This document shows, in pieces, positions 44,019-52,258 of a stretch of DNA of 64,000 bases. Numbering within the stretch: position 1 is the stretch's first letter; every line of letters begins with the position of its first letter. This DNA comes from a virus, in the IMG/VR virus record IMGVR_UViG_3300045988_163359, one strand, 5' to 3'. The position numbers and the translations under genes were made by a program. The notes under the pieces were generated by a model, which ran no database searches, was not told the origin of the DNA, and was given only the letters and a program-made list of their open reading frames with translations.

Positions 44019-44906
44019 ATGAAAGAAACTTGTATTATTCAATTAAATTCTTTTCCAGTGCAAACCACTTTAAAAACTTTGCTAAAAGATAGAACAACTC
44101 AAAAAAATATAATTTGGGCAACTAATAGTTATAATGAATTAGGACAACAATACGAATGTGATAAACAAATCACAATAGATTCATTAAGTAAACTTGATTC
44201 TTTAATCATACAACCAAGAATTACAAAAAAATCAAGTGAAAAACAAAAAAGAACTAGAAAGTATGCTGAGGTATTTACACCATCATGGGTTTGTAATCAA
44301 ATGATTAACTTGATAGACGATTCATGGTTTGGATATAAAGGAACATTTAATACTGAAACTTATAAAAATTGGAAAACATCAGAAAATAAGATTAAATTTC
44401 CAATATATAATAAGACTTGGAAAGATTATGTTGAGTTAAATAGACTTGAAGTAACGTGTGGAGAAGCACCTTATTTAGTTAGCAGATATGACAGTTCTAC
44501 AGGGACTCCTATTGATATAAAGAACAGAATAGGAATGCTTGATAGAAAACTTAGAATTATCAATGAAAATACTGATAATGAAAACGAATGGCATAAATGG
44601 GTTATAAAAGCATTCCAAAGCATTTATGGTTATGAATATCAAGGAGACAACTTATTAATTGCTAGAATCAACATTCTAATGACTTTTGTAGATTATTTTG
44701 AAAATAAATGGCATTTAAATCCAACTATACAAGAATTAGAACAAATAGCAAATATAATTTCTTGGAATATATGGCAAATGGATGGATTAACAGATAGAGT
44801 ACCTTTAAGTAATGAAGGTGAAAATACTGTAAATACAAAATGTAAAATATATAATTGGAAAGATAAAAAAATTGTTTTATATGAAAGTTTAAAAACAAAA
44901 GAATAG
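44019..44906 (+). CDS. hypothetical protein with methyltransferase-like boxes only
   Basis: KYAEVFTPSWVCNQM and LEVTCGEAPYL recall boxes of N6-adenine MTase / type IIG enzymes. No GxGxF or (N/D)PPY motif is visible. Confidence 0.3.
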   Translation: MKETCIIQLNSFPVQTTLKTLLKDRTTQKNIIWATNSYNELGQQYECDKQITIDSLSKLDSLIIQPRITKKSSEKQKRTRKYAEVFTPSWVCNQMINLIDDSWFGYKGTFNTETYKNWKTSENKIKFPIYNKTWKDYVELNRLEVTCGEAPYLVSRYDSSTGTPIDIKNRIGMLDRKLRIINENTDNENEWHKWVIKAFQSIYGYEYQGDNLLIARINILMTFVDYFENKWHLNPTIQELEQIANIISWNIWQMDGLTDRVPLSNEGENTVNTKCKIYNWKDKKIVLYESLKTKE

Positions 44907-44933
44907 ATATTCAACTTAATGCTGCAAAACTAT

Positions 44934-44951
44934 TAGGAATATGTTCCGATT
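44934..44951 (+). repeat. 18-bp repeat TAGGAATATGTTCCGATT, copy 3
   Basis: Perfect copy. Confidence 0.9.
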
Positions 44952-45075
44952 GAAGTTTTGAAAAAACAGTAGTATCATTAATAATATAGTTATCTAAGAT
45001 TATATTTTTTTATTCCTAAAATATTTCTAGTATATTGTTTATCATTAGAATTTATGGTATGAAACAATACTCCCT

Positions 45076-45114
45076 AACCGCTCTTAACCCTCATCAAGAG
45101 CGGTTGTTTTTTTT
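45076..45114 (+). terminator. rho-independent terminator
   Basis: AACCGCTCTT-loop-AAGAGCGGTT followed by T8. Confidence 0.7.
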
Positions 45115-45122
45115 GTAAAAGT

Positions 45123-45140
45123 TAGGAATATGTTCCGATT
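45123..45140 (+). repeat. 18-bp repeat TAGGAATATGTTCCGATT, copy 4
   Basis: Perfect copy, about 25-35 nt upstream of the IscB element left end. Confidence 0.9.
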
Positions 45141-45515
45141 TTCAAATAAGTATTGGAATGTTATAAGTCAATAACCCCTCCTAAATCACCTACGGAGATT
45201 ATAGAAGGGGCTTGTATTTCAATATAAGCCCCAGTATGACTCTAGATTTGGGGGTAAGGCTTTTGCCTTAATATTGTCTAGCCTTAGCTTGTCGGGATGT
45301 GCAATTTAGCACAGCGAATAAGCTACGTTAAGTATATCAATACAGCTTGGTGTGATTCCCTAGCACCTTTTGTTGTTCGGGCTCTGTAAACAGTTCTGTG
45401 AGGTAGGAACAGTCAACCTGGTGCAAGAAGTATACTTAACATTGGCGAAGGGAAAACTTCGTGTCGCCAACCACTTTTGGTCGGTGACTCAAATAACTCG
45501 AAGGAGGTATACTTT
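45141..45515 (+). ncRNA. putative IscB omega-RNA (guide plus scaffold; 5' end not mapped)
   Basis: ORF-free, visibly GC-richer than the flanks, many local hairpins (e.g. GGGGCTT/AAGCCCC, TAAGGC/GCCTTA). Directly 5' of iscB. Confidence 0.6.
45175..45210 (+). repeat. left-end imperfect hairpin
   Basis: CCCCTCCTAAATCACCTACGGAGATTATAGAAGGGG. Confidence 0.75.
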
Positions 45516-46898
45516 ATGGTAGTATACGTACTTAATAAAAATAATAAGCCGTTGATGCCTTGTAAGCCTCAACGTGCTAGAAAATTAATAAAAGAAAAGA
45601 AAGCAAAGATAGTAAATTATAAACCATTTACAATAAAACTTATTTACGGTTCTTATGGATATACACAAAACACAAATTTAGGTGTCGATTTAGGTTCTAA
45701 AAACATTGGTATAGCTGTAACTACCCAAAATAAAGTATTAGCAAAAGGTGAAATAGAACTTAGACAAGATGTAAGTAGTTTAATAGAAACTAAAAAAATT
45801 CTAAGAAGAGGTAGACGTTCTAGAAAAACTAGATATAGAAGATGTAAATTTAACTTTAGAAATAAAAGAGTTTTTAATGCTCCAAAAGGAGCAAAACTAA
45901 AAACTCTTAAAAAAGGTAGTGATTCCAAAAAGAACTGGAGAACACTATCTACAAACATAGATTCAAATAGACCTGTTGGTTGGCTGCCGCCAAGCATACA
46001 GTCTAAAATAGATAATACATTTTTCTGGATTGATAAATATTATAATTTACTTCCAAAATGCAATTTAAGTATTGAAGTAGGTAAATTTGATATGGCTAAA
46101 ATGATAAATCCAGAAATAGAAGGTGCTGATTATCAACAAGGCGAAGCCTTCGGCTTTTATAATACGAGATACTTTGTCTTTGCAAGAGATAATTACACTT
46201 GCCAGGTTTGTAAAAAAAATAAAGATAAAGTACTTCATACACATCATGTAATTTATAAAAGTAAAGGTGGAAGCGATAGAGCTGACAACTTAGCTACAAT
46301 TTGTACTGATTGTCACACATCTGAGAATCATAAACCAGGCGGCATACTTTATGAATGGATGATAAAAAAGAAAAAGATGAAAACTTATAAAGAACCACCG
46401 TTTATGAACTCAATGAGGGTAAAAGTATTTAAAAAATATCCTCAAGCTAACATAACTTATGGTTCTATAACAACACCAAGAAGAAAAGAACTTGGACTTG
46501 AGAAAACTCATTATAACGATGCTATTGCAATAAGTAAAGTTGAATGTATAAATCAAAACTGTGATGAAGTTTTTAAAATAAAGCAGTTTAGAAAGAAAAA
46601 ACGTTCACTGCATGAAGCGACAGCTAGAAAAGGTAGAAAAACTAAAAACACTGAAAGCAAAAGAAATGAGAAAAATACAAGTTTTGCAAATGGTTTTTAC
46701 CTTAATGATAAAGTAGAAATCTTTGGTCAAATTGGTTATATTACAGGTTTTTCTGGCAAATCATCTGCTTATGTAAAAAATATAAATGATGAGTATATAA
46801 CTATACCAGGCAAAAAATATAAACAAGTTTCAATTTCTGCCTTGAAATTCATAAATCATAATAATAATTGGCAATACGAAAGTAATTTTGCGATATAA
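45516..46898 (+). CDS. iscB: IscB RNA-guided nuclease (PLMP, RuvC, bridge helix, HNH)
   Basis: NKPLMPCKPQRARKL; GVDLGSKNIG; RRGRRSRKTRYRR; SIEVGKFD; CQVC..HTHHVIYKSKGGSDRADNLATICTDCH; HYNDAIAI. 460 aa. Confidence 0.85.
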   Translation: MVVYVLNKNNKPLMPCKPQRARKLIKEKKAKIVNYKPFTIKLIYGSYGYTQNTNLGVDLGSKNIGIAVTTQNKVLAKGEIELRQDVSSLIETKKILRRGRRSRKTRYRRCKFNFRNKRVFNAPKGAKLKTLKKGSDSKKNWRTLSTNIDSNRPVGWLPPSIQSKIDNTFFWIDKYYNLLPKCNLSIEVGKFDMAKMINPEIEGADYQQGEAFGFYNTRYFVFARDNYTCQVCKKNKDKVLHTHHVIYKSKGGSDRADNLATICTDCHTSENHKPGGILYEWMIKKKKMKTYKEPPFMNSMRVKVFKKYPQANITYGSITTPRRKELGLEKTHYNDAIAISKVECINQNCDEVFKIKQFRKKKRSLHEATARKGRKTKNTESKRNEKNTSFANGFYLNDKVEIFGQIGYITGFSGKSSAYVKNINDEYITIPGKKYKQVSISALKFINHNNNWQYESNFAI

Positions 46899-46932
46899 AA
46901 TTCTATATTACTTCAACATCAGAGAAATTCAT

Positions 46933-46971
46933 CCCCTCCTAAATTTGCCTACGGCTAAATTATAGAAGGGG
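46933..46971 (+). repeat. right-end imperfect hairpin
   Basis: CCCCTCCTAAATTTGCCTACGGCTAAATTATAGAAGGGG, a direct copy of the left-end hairpin. Confidence 0.75.
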
Positions 46972-47044
46972 ACTTCTTTCTCGAAAAGGTTAAATTGTTA
47001 AAAGTATTTCTATATTTTATATATGACCTATGATTATTTAGAAG

Positions 47045-47076
47045 AAAATCCATCTTGCGGAAGGTGGATTTTTTTT
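47045..47076 (+). terminator. rho-independent terminator
   Basis: ATCCATCTT-GCGG-AAGGTGGAT followed by T8. Confidence 0.65.
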
Positions 47077-47154
47077 CTTTTCTAGTGTTTTTGTGGAATA
47101 TTAACCAAATATTTTACATTTACGAGAAAAAGAAGTTATTTTAGAATAAATTTT

Positions 47155-47355
47155 ATGATAATCAACAATATTTCAAAGGTAAGAAACGAGAAAAATCATA
47201 GTCTTAGAAAGTTAGCATACAAAACTAAACTAAGCAAAAGTACTCTTTTCAGGCTGGAGAACAACGATACAGTACTTGATCTAGTAAAGCTAGAAAAAAT
47301 TGCTATAGCTTTAGATTGTAGAATAACTGACTTATTTGATTCTGAATACAAATAG
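47155..47355 (+). CDS. XRE-family HTH protein
   Basis: SLRKLAYKTKLSKSTLFRLENN...LEKIAIALDCRITDLF. Confidence 0.65.
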   Translation: MIINNISKVRNEKNHSLRKLAYKTKLSKSTLFRLENNDTVLDLVKLEKIAIALDCRITDLFDSEYK

Positions 47356-47502
47356 TGTCCCGCAATGTGGGACAAATAGACAAAATGGCAATAAATGGAA
47401 GTATAATATAAATAAGGTATAGAATTTTATGAAAATTAGTATTATAATATATCTACATAGAACGTAAGTTCGATATTATTAAGCTGTTTTGGGGGAGATG
47501 CT

Positions 47503-47634
47503 ATGGACTATATAACAAAATTAAAAGAAGAAATAATAATTTTGTTAAAACAAAATAAAGATATTGATACACTGGGGTTAGTTTATCAATATTTAACAAA
47601 GAAAAATAAAAAAAACGAGGAAAATAAAAAGTAG
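47503..47634 (+). CDS. small hypothetical protein (43 aa)
   Basis: Not in the track. GGGGGAG RBS 6 nt upstream. Confidence 0.35.
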   Translation: MDYITKLKEEIIILLKQNKDIDTLGLVYQYLTKKNKKNEENKK

Positions 47635-47656
47635 GTGCATAGCACCTATTTTTTTT
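47621..47656. terminator. bidirectional terminator
   Basis: TAGGTGC-ATA-GCACCTA flanked by an A-run and T8, between convergent genes. Confidence 0.6.
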
Positions 47657-48032
47657 CTGATTCTTTAAACACATCTATTAAATCTTTAATTACCTCAATT
47701 TGTCTATCATTTAGATCTAGAAGCATTTCTGTTAATTCAAATAGATTTTCTTCTTTTTCTAAATTTCCAACTATATTTGCAAGTCTAATATGTTTGGAAT
47801 TAGTTTCATACATACCATCCTCTCCATTAATCAGCCAATCTTTATTAATGTGGAAAATATTACATATGCTATAAATAATATCATCACTTATTTTAGCTCT
47901 AGCTTTCTCAATATTATATACAGCATCTTCACTTTTATTTACTATTTTTCCAAACTCTCGTCTTGAAAGCTTTTCTTTCTTTCTTATGAATTCAATTCTT
48001 TTACCAATATCTTTTTCATTTACATCATTCAT
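47646..48032 (-). CDS. CI-like repressor (XRE HTH)
   Basis: IGKRIEFIRKKEKLSRREFGKIVNKSEDAVYNIEKARAKIS. GGAGG RBS before ATG 48032. Divergent from the cro-like gene. Confidence 0.7.
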   Translation of the reverse strand: MNDVNEKDIGKRIEFIRKKEKLSRREFGKIVNKSEDAVYNIEKARAKISDDIIYSICNIFHINKDWLINGEDGMYETNSKHIRLANIVGNLEKEENLFELTEMLLDLNDRQIEVIKDLIDVFKESEKK

Positions 48033-48197
48033 ATCTTGCCTCCAATTATATTTAAAAGTTTTTATTTTATTAATATACAATAATTGTAACATATTAATAG
48101 AAAAAAATAAACGAGAAAATTGTAAGAAGTCGTTAATGAGATAAAAATATCAACGACACAAAACGAGAAATAATAATTAAAAATGTTTAAAAATCCG

Positions 48198-48226
48198 TTG
48201 ACTAACGTAAAAAAATGGAATATAAT
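48198..48226 (+). promoter_or_regulatory. sigma-A type promoter for the early rightward operon
   Basis: TTGACT, 17-nt spacer, TATAAT. Confidence 0.6.
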
Positions 48227-48263
48227 GTATATATAAACGAAAAACAACGAAGGAGGTAATTAG

Positions 48264-48446
48264 ATGACTAGATATGAAGAAAGACTAAAAATAGCATCAG
48301 ATTTACAAGGACTTAATAAAGAAAATTACAATACGGTTCTTAAAATTATAAAAGCTTTTCAAGTTTCTGAATCAGCAAAAATTTTAGGGATAGACCCATC
48401 TAAACTTTCTGAATTAGTAAAAGAAAAAGAAAGCCAGCAAGTTTAA
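48264..48446 (+). CDS. Cro/excisionase-like small HTH protein
   Basis: 60 aa. SESAKILGIDPSKLSELVK. First gene of the rightward operon. Confidence 0.5.
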   Translation: MTRYEERLKIASDLQGLNKENYNTVLKIIKAFQVSESAKILGIDPSKLSELVKEKESQQV

Positions 48447-48461
48447 GGTTAGGTGATTATC

Positions 48462-49379
48462 ATGACAGAATCAATGGAAGTAAAATACAACAAAAATAGT
48501 ATTTTACGTGCTGGGTATGGAATAATACCCAAAGTTGTTATGAGAGATAAAAATCTTTCAATAGAAGCAAAAGCAATTTATGCATATTTAACAGCTTTTG
48601 CTGGAGATAAAAAAACATGCTATCCAAGTCGAGATTTAATGTGTGAAGAGTTAGGAATATCTATTAATAGATTTACTAAACATCTAAAAACATTAAAAGA
48701 ATCGGGATACATAAAAGTAGAAAGAATAAAATCAGGCAATTTAAAGGCAAAAAACATATATGAAATAATAATGGATGAAAGAGACCGATGTATTAATTTT
48801 AGAGATATCGAAAATAAATATCACGAAAATAAAGATATCGAAAATGAATATCTCGAAAACGAATACACTAATAATAACAGTCTTAATAATAACAGTCTTA
48901 ATAATAACAGTGTTAATAATAACAGTATCAATAAAAAAGAAAAAAAGAAAAAAAAGACTGATTTAGATATTCTTATAAATGAATATACTTCTAACTCTTT
49001 CTTACAGGAAACAATAATAGATTTTATGAAAATGCGAAAGAGCATTAAAAAGCCTGTTACAGAAAGAGGCCTTAAAGGAATACTAAATAAATTAGATAAG
49101 TTAGCAACAACAGATGATATCAAAATTAAAATACTGGAAAACTCAATAGAAAACTGTTGGCGAGGAGTTTTTCCACTAAAAGACAACTTCGGCAATTACA
49201 ACTCAAATAAATATCAAGATAACAACAATTCAAACTCAGTAGAGGACTTACAAAAACACCAAGGTTATATAGATCCCGAAAAAATGAAACCAGTAAGTCA
49301 AGATGACTTAGATGAAATAGACGAATTACAAAGAGAATTAGATGAAATGGGAGGCGGCAAAATAGAAGAATGGCTATAG
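48462..49379 (+). CDS. phage replication initiator / replisome organiser (HTH_36-type N-terminus)
   Basis: GYGIIPKVVMRDKNLSIEAKAIYAYLTAFAG..CYPSRDLMCEELGIS..LKESGYIKVER. Confidence 0.65.
   Translation: MTESMEVKYNKNSILRAGYGIIPKVVMRDKNLSIEAKAIYAYLTAFAGDKKTCYPSRDLMCEELGISINRFTKHLKTLKESGYIKVERIKSGNLKAKNIYEIIMDERDRCINFRDIENKYHENKDIENEYLENEYTNNNSLNNNSLNNNSVNNNSINKKEKKKKKTDLDILINEYTSNSFLQETIIDFMKMRKSIKKPVTERGLKGILNKLDKLATTDDIKIKILENSIENCWRGVFPLKDNFGNYNSNKYQDNNNSNSVEDLQKHQGYIDPEKMKPVSQDDLDEIDELQRELDEMGGGKIEEWL
48804..48930 (+). repeat. origin-like iterons inside the initiator gene
   Basis: Four ATATC(n)CGAAAA boxes, then 4 tandem 15-bp units ATAATAACAGT(C/G/A)T(T/C)A at 48871-48930. Confidence 0.7.
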
Positions 49380-50053
49380 AATATCAATGCAAGAAGTGTA
49401 GAGATTTAGGATACATTTTTCAGGAAGATGAAAAAGGCTATACTGTAGCTACTCCTTGTGAGTGCATTGAAAAAAGACAAATAAAAGAGAAGCTAGAAGG
49501 ATGTGGCCTAACAGATTCTTTTAAAAAGAAAACTTTTTCTACTTTTAAAACAGATACAGAGCATCAGAAACAGGCAAAATTACGAGCTATGAGCTACTGT
49601 AAGAAGTTTAAAGAAGAAAAAGGTAGTTTCTTATTAACTGGAAATCCTGGAACAGGGAAAACACATTTAGGAATTGCAATAATTATGCAACTTGTAAATC
49701 AAAATGTAGGATGTAGATATGCTGAATATATCAGTTTAATTATGCGTTTAAAACAATGTTGTATGGATCCAATTAATTACAATAAAGAGATAAACGAATA
49801 TAAAAATTGCACTGTACTATTTTTAGATGATTTACTTAAAGGTCAGACAAGTGAAGCTGATAGAAAGTATATCTATGAAATAATAAATTATCGTTACATG
49901 ACAGAAAAATCAATTATAGTAAGCACAGAAAAATCATTAAATGAATTAATGGATTATGATGCTGCTATAACTAGTAGAATTATAGAAATGTGTGGAAAAA
50001 ATATAATTGACTTTAAAAATGTACCGAATATGAGATTACAAAAGGGGGTTTAA
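49370..50053 (+). CDS. DnaC/DnaI-like AAA+ helicase loader
   Basis: Walker A LTGNPGTGKTHL, Walker B LFLDDL. N-terminal Cys cluster. Confidence 0.75.
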   Translation: MAIEYQCKKCRDLGYIFQEDEKGYTVATPCECIEKRQIKEKLEGCGLTDSFKKKTFSTFKTDTEHQKQAKLRAMSYCKKFKEEKGSFLLTGNPGTGKTHLGIAIIMQLVNQNVGCRYAEYISLIMRLKQCCMDPINYNKEINEYKNCTVLFLDDLLKGQTSEADRKYIYEIINYRYMTEKSIIVSTEKSLNELMDYDAAITSRIIEMCGKNIIDFKNVPNMRLQKGV

Positions 50054-50056
50054 GAA

Positions 50057-50299
50057 GTGCCACGCAACACATTGGGTGACCTAAACAATCATTTATTCGC
50101 TCAATTAGAACGTTTAAATGATGAAGAGATAACTGGAGAAAAATTAGAAGATGAAATTATAAGAAGTAAAGCAGTTATAGGAGTTTCAAAACAAATTATT
50201 GCCAATGCAAATGTTGTATTAAAAGCAAAATCCATAGAATTAGAATATGGTAAAAACAATGAAAAAGAAATGCCTAAAATGCTAGAAGGTGGTGAATAA
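50057..50299 (+). CDS. hypothetical protein
   Basis: 80 aa, GTG start, coupled to its neighbours. Confidence 0.45.
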   Translation: MPRNTLGDLNNHLFAQLERLNDEEITGEKLEDEIIRSKAVIGVSKQIIANANVVLKAKSIELEYGKNNEKEMPKMLEGGE

Positions 50300-50907
50300 T
50301 GAGCGAAAAACCACATAAATGGAGTGAAGAAGAAAAAAAGTATCTTGGAGAAATTACTCCAGGGAAACATCGTAAGGAAATATTAGACTTAATGAACGAA
50401 AAGTTTGAGTATAATTTTAATTTAGCTCAAATAGAAAGTGCAATTAAAAGATTTGGCTATAATACAGGATTTAACGGCCAATTTAAAAAAGGACATAAAA
50501 CCTGGAATAAAGGCACAAAAGGGCTTACAGGAATAAATAAAACTTCTTTTAAAAAAGGGCATAAACCTTGGAATAAAAAAGAAGTGGGCAGTGAAAGAAC
50601 TGACGTTGAAGGATATATCTTAGTTAAAGTAGATGAACCTAGTGTATGGAAATTAAAACATAGAATTATGTATGAAAAATATCATAATGTTAAGTTAACA
50701 CAGGATGATGTAATAATATTTGCAGATCAAAATAAATCAAATTTAGAAAAGGATAATTTAATTTTGATTACTAAAAATCAATTATTAAAAATGAATCAAG
50801 ATAAATTGATTTTCAATGATAAAGAATTAACTAAGACAGGTGTAAATATAGCAAAGTTAATAATAAAGACAAAAGAAAAGATGGAAGGGAAAAAAGAAAA
50901 TGAATAA
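50299..50907 (+). CDS. free-standing HNH (HNH_3-type) endonuclease
   Basis: FKKGHKTWNKG / FKKGHKPWNK repeats. GYILVKV...KHRIMYEKYH...IIFADQNKSNLEKDNLILI. Confidence 0.65.
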   Translation: MSEKPHKWSEEEKKYLGEITPGKHRKEILDLMNEKFEYNFNLAQIESAIKRFGYNTGFNGQFKKGHKTWNKGTKGLTGINKTSFKKGHKPWNKKEVGSERTDVEGYILVKVDEPSVWKLKHRIMYEKYHNVKLTQDDVIIFADQNKSNLEKDNLILITKNQLLKMNQDKLIFNDKELTKTGVNIAKLIIKTKEKMEGKKENE

Positions 50908-51310
50908 TGTGGTTTTAGTAGGTCGATTAACAAAGGACCCAGAGTTAAGATACATACCAAATTCTGGAACACCTGTTGCTACTTTTACGATGGCAATAGA
51001 CAGAGACTATAAGAAAAAAGATGGGACAAAAGAAACAGACTTTATACCAATAGAAGTTATAGGGAAAGCAGCTGAATTTTGTGCTAACTATTTATCAAAA
51101 GGAAGATTAATAGCAGCACAAGGAAGTATCAAAGTAGACAGATATCAAACTCAAGAAGGGGAAAATAGAACATTTACAAAAGTCAGTGCAAGAAATGTAC
51201 AAGCATTGGATTATGTAAAAGACAATAGTAGTAAACCAAATTTTGAACCAACTGCAGGTCTAGATCCTAATGGTTTCCAAGCAATAGATGACGAGGATAT
51301 ACCATTTTAG
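50900..51310 (+). CDS. ssb: single-stranded DNA-binding protein
   Basis: MNNVVLVGRLTKDPELRY OB-fold start and acidic tail DDEDIPF. Confidence 0.9.
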   Translation: MNNVVLVGRLTKDPELRYIPNSGTPVATFTMAIDRDYKKKDGTKETDFIPIEVIGKAAEFCANYLSKGRLIAAQGSIKVDRYQTQEGENRTFTKVSARNVQALDYVKDNSSKPNFEPTAGLDPNGFQAIDDEDIPF

Positions 51311-51325
51311 AAGGGAGTAAGTAAA

Positions 51326-51508
51326 ATGATGAAAGATAAAGCATGTTGTTATGACTGCTTATACATGAAAAATGAAAGAGGAATAAAAAGTTGTAAAAAA
51401 ACAAACAAGGAAATAGTAAATCCATTTGATAATGTTTGCAAGAAGTTCAAATGCTTTCAATGTACTAAACATGAAAGAGAGGAATGTCAATGTTATACGA
51501 ACTTTTAA
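51326..51508 (+). CDS. Cys-rich small protein
   Basis: 60 aa with 9 Cys. Confidence 0.45.
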   Translation: MMKDKACCYDCLYMKNERGIKSCKKTNKEIVNPFDNVCKKFKCFQCTKHEREECQCYTNF

Positions 51509-51588
51509 AAATATTGACAGCTTTTTATGCTGGATTTTTCTTAGGAGTTTGTTGGTTTGCAATGAATGATGATTAAGGGGGAAGGTAA

Positions 51589-51784
51589 ATGAGTATAGGG
51601 GGATTTCGTTAGAGAAAAAAGACTTTATATGAAGAAAAGCAGAAGTAATTTAGCAAAAGATGTAGGGGTTACAGAAAGCTATATAGCAAAACTAGAGAAT
51701 GGAGTTATAACAAATCCTACCCTAATGGTGTTAAAAGGACTTTCAAAAGCTTTAAATGTATCACCATTAGAGTTTTTTAAATAA
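51589..51784 (+). pseudogene. XRE-family HTH gene interrupted by a frameshift in a G5 run
   Basis: ATG 51589 runs into TAG 51610. The distal frame (ATG 51629..51784) encodes LAKDVGVTESYIAKLENG..NPTLMVLKGLSKALNV. Removing one G of 51598-51602 fuses them. Confidence 0.55.
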
Positions 51785-51797
51785 GAGAAAGGATGTA

Positions 51798-52238
51798 ATG
51801 TATATCATGGTAAAACAAACAATTGATTTTTTATCAAATACATTTCCTGAAATTTACTCTAATTTTTATTTGAACTATTTAAAACAATATTCTGAAATTC
51901 ATAATATTAAAAAGACTGAATTAAAAGCATTAGTTTTTTTAAAAGGTAATGAAAAAATAAATATGACAGAATTATGTTCAAAGTTAAATATAGAAAAAGG
52001 CAGTTTAACTAGTTTAATAGATAATTTAAGTAAAAAAGGATATGTTTGTAGAAAGAAAACTATTAAAGATAGAAGGAAATATATAATAGTGCTAACTGAA
52101 CAAGGAAATGAAATCGCTATTGATTTTATAGAAAAGCTGAGTACTAACTTAGAGAAAAAATTTAAAAAATTAAATAAAAAAGATAGAAACAATTATTTAG
52201 TTGCTATAAAAGTTCTAGAAAAATTAGCAGATATTTAG
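51798..52238 (+). CDS. MarR-family transcriptional regulator
   Basis: ELCSKLNIEKGSLTSLIDNLSKKGYVCRKKTIKDRRKYIIVLTEQG. Confidence 0.75.
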   Translation: MYIMVKQTIDFLSNTFPEIYSNFYLNYLKQYSEIHNIKKTELKALVFLKGNEKINMTELCSKLNIEKGSLTSLIDNLSKKGYVCRKKTIKDRRKYIIVLTEQGNEIAIDFIEKLSTNLEKKFKKLNKKDRNNYLVAIKVLEKLADI

Positions 52239-52258
52239 ATTAAATAGGGGGATAAAAT

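Larger units (their letters stand above)
45165..46992 (+). mobile_element. non-autonomous IS200/IS605-type IscB element (ends approximate)
   Basis: Direct, near-identical subterminal hairpins at both ends. Contains the omega-RNA region plus iscB. No tnpA. Confidence 0.6.

Noticed and set aside
45230-45480. GC-rich structured segment considered as a tRNA or tmRNA-like gene
   Set aside because: No cloverleaf with a T-loop (GTTCGAATC-type) or acceptor stem could be drawn. Its position directly 5' of iscB fits an omega-RNA.
48821-49195. 124-aa minus-strand ORF inside the initiator gene
   Set aside because: It is antisense to a motif-supported gene, and its translation is dominated by Leu repeats generated by the iteron array.
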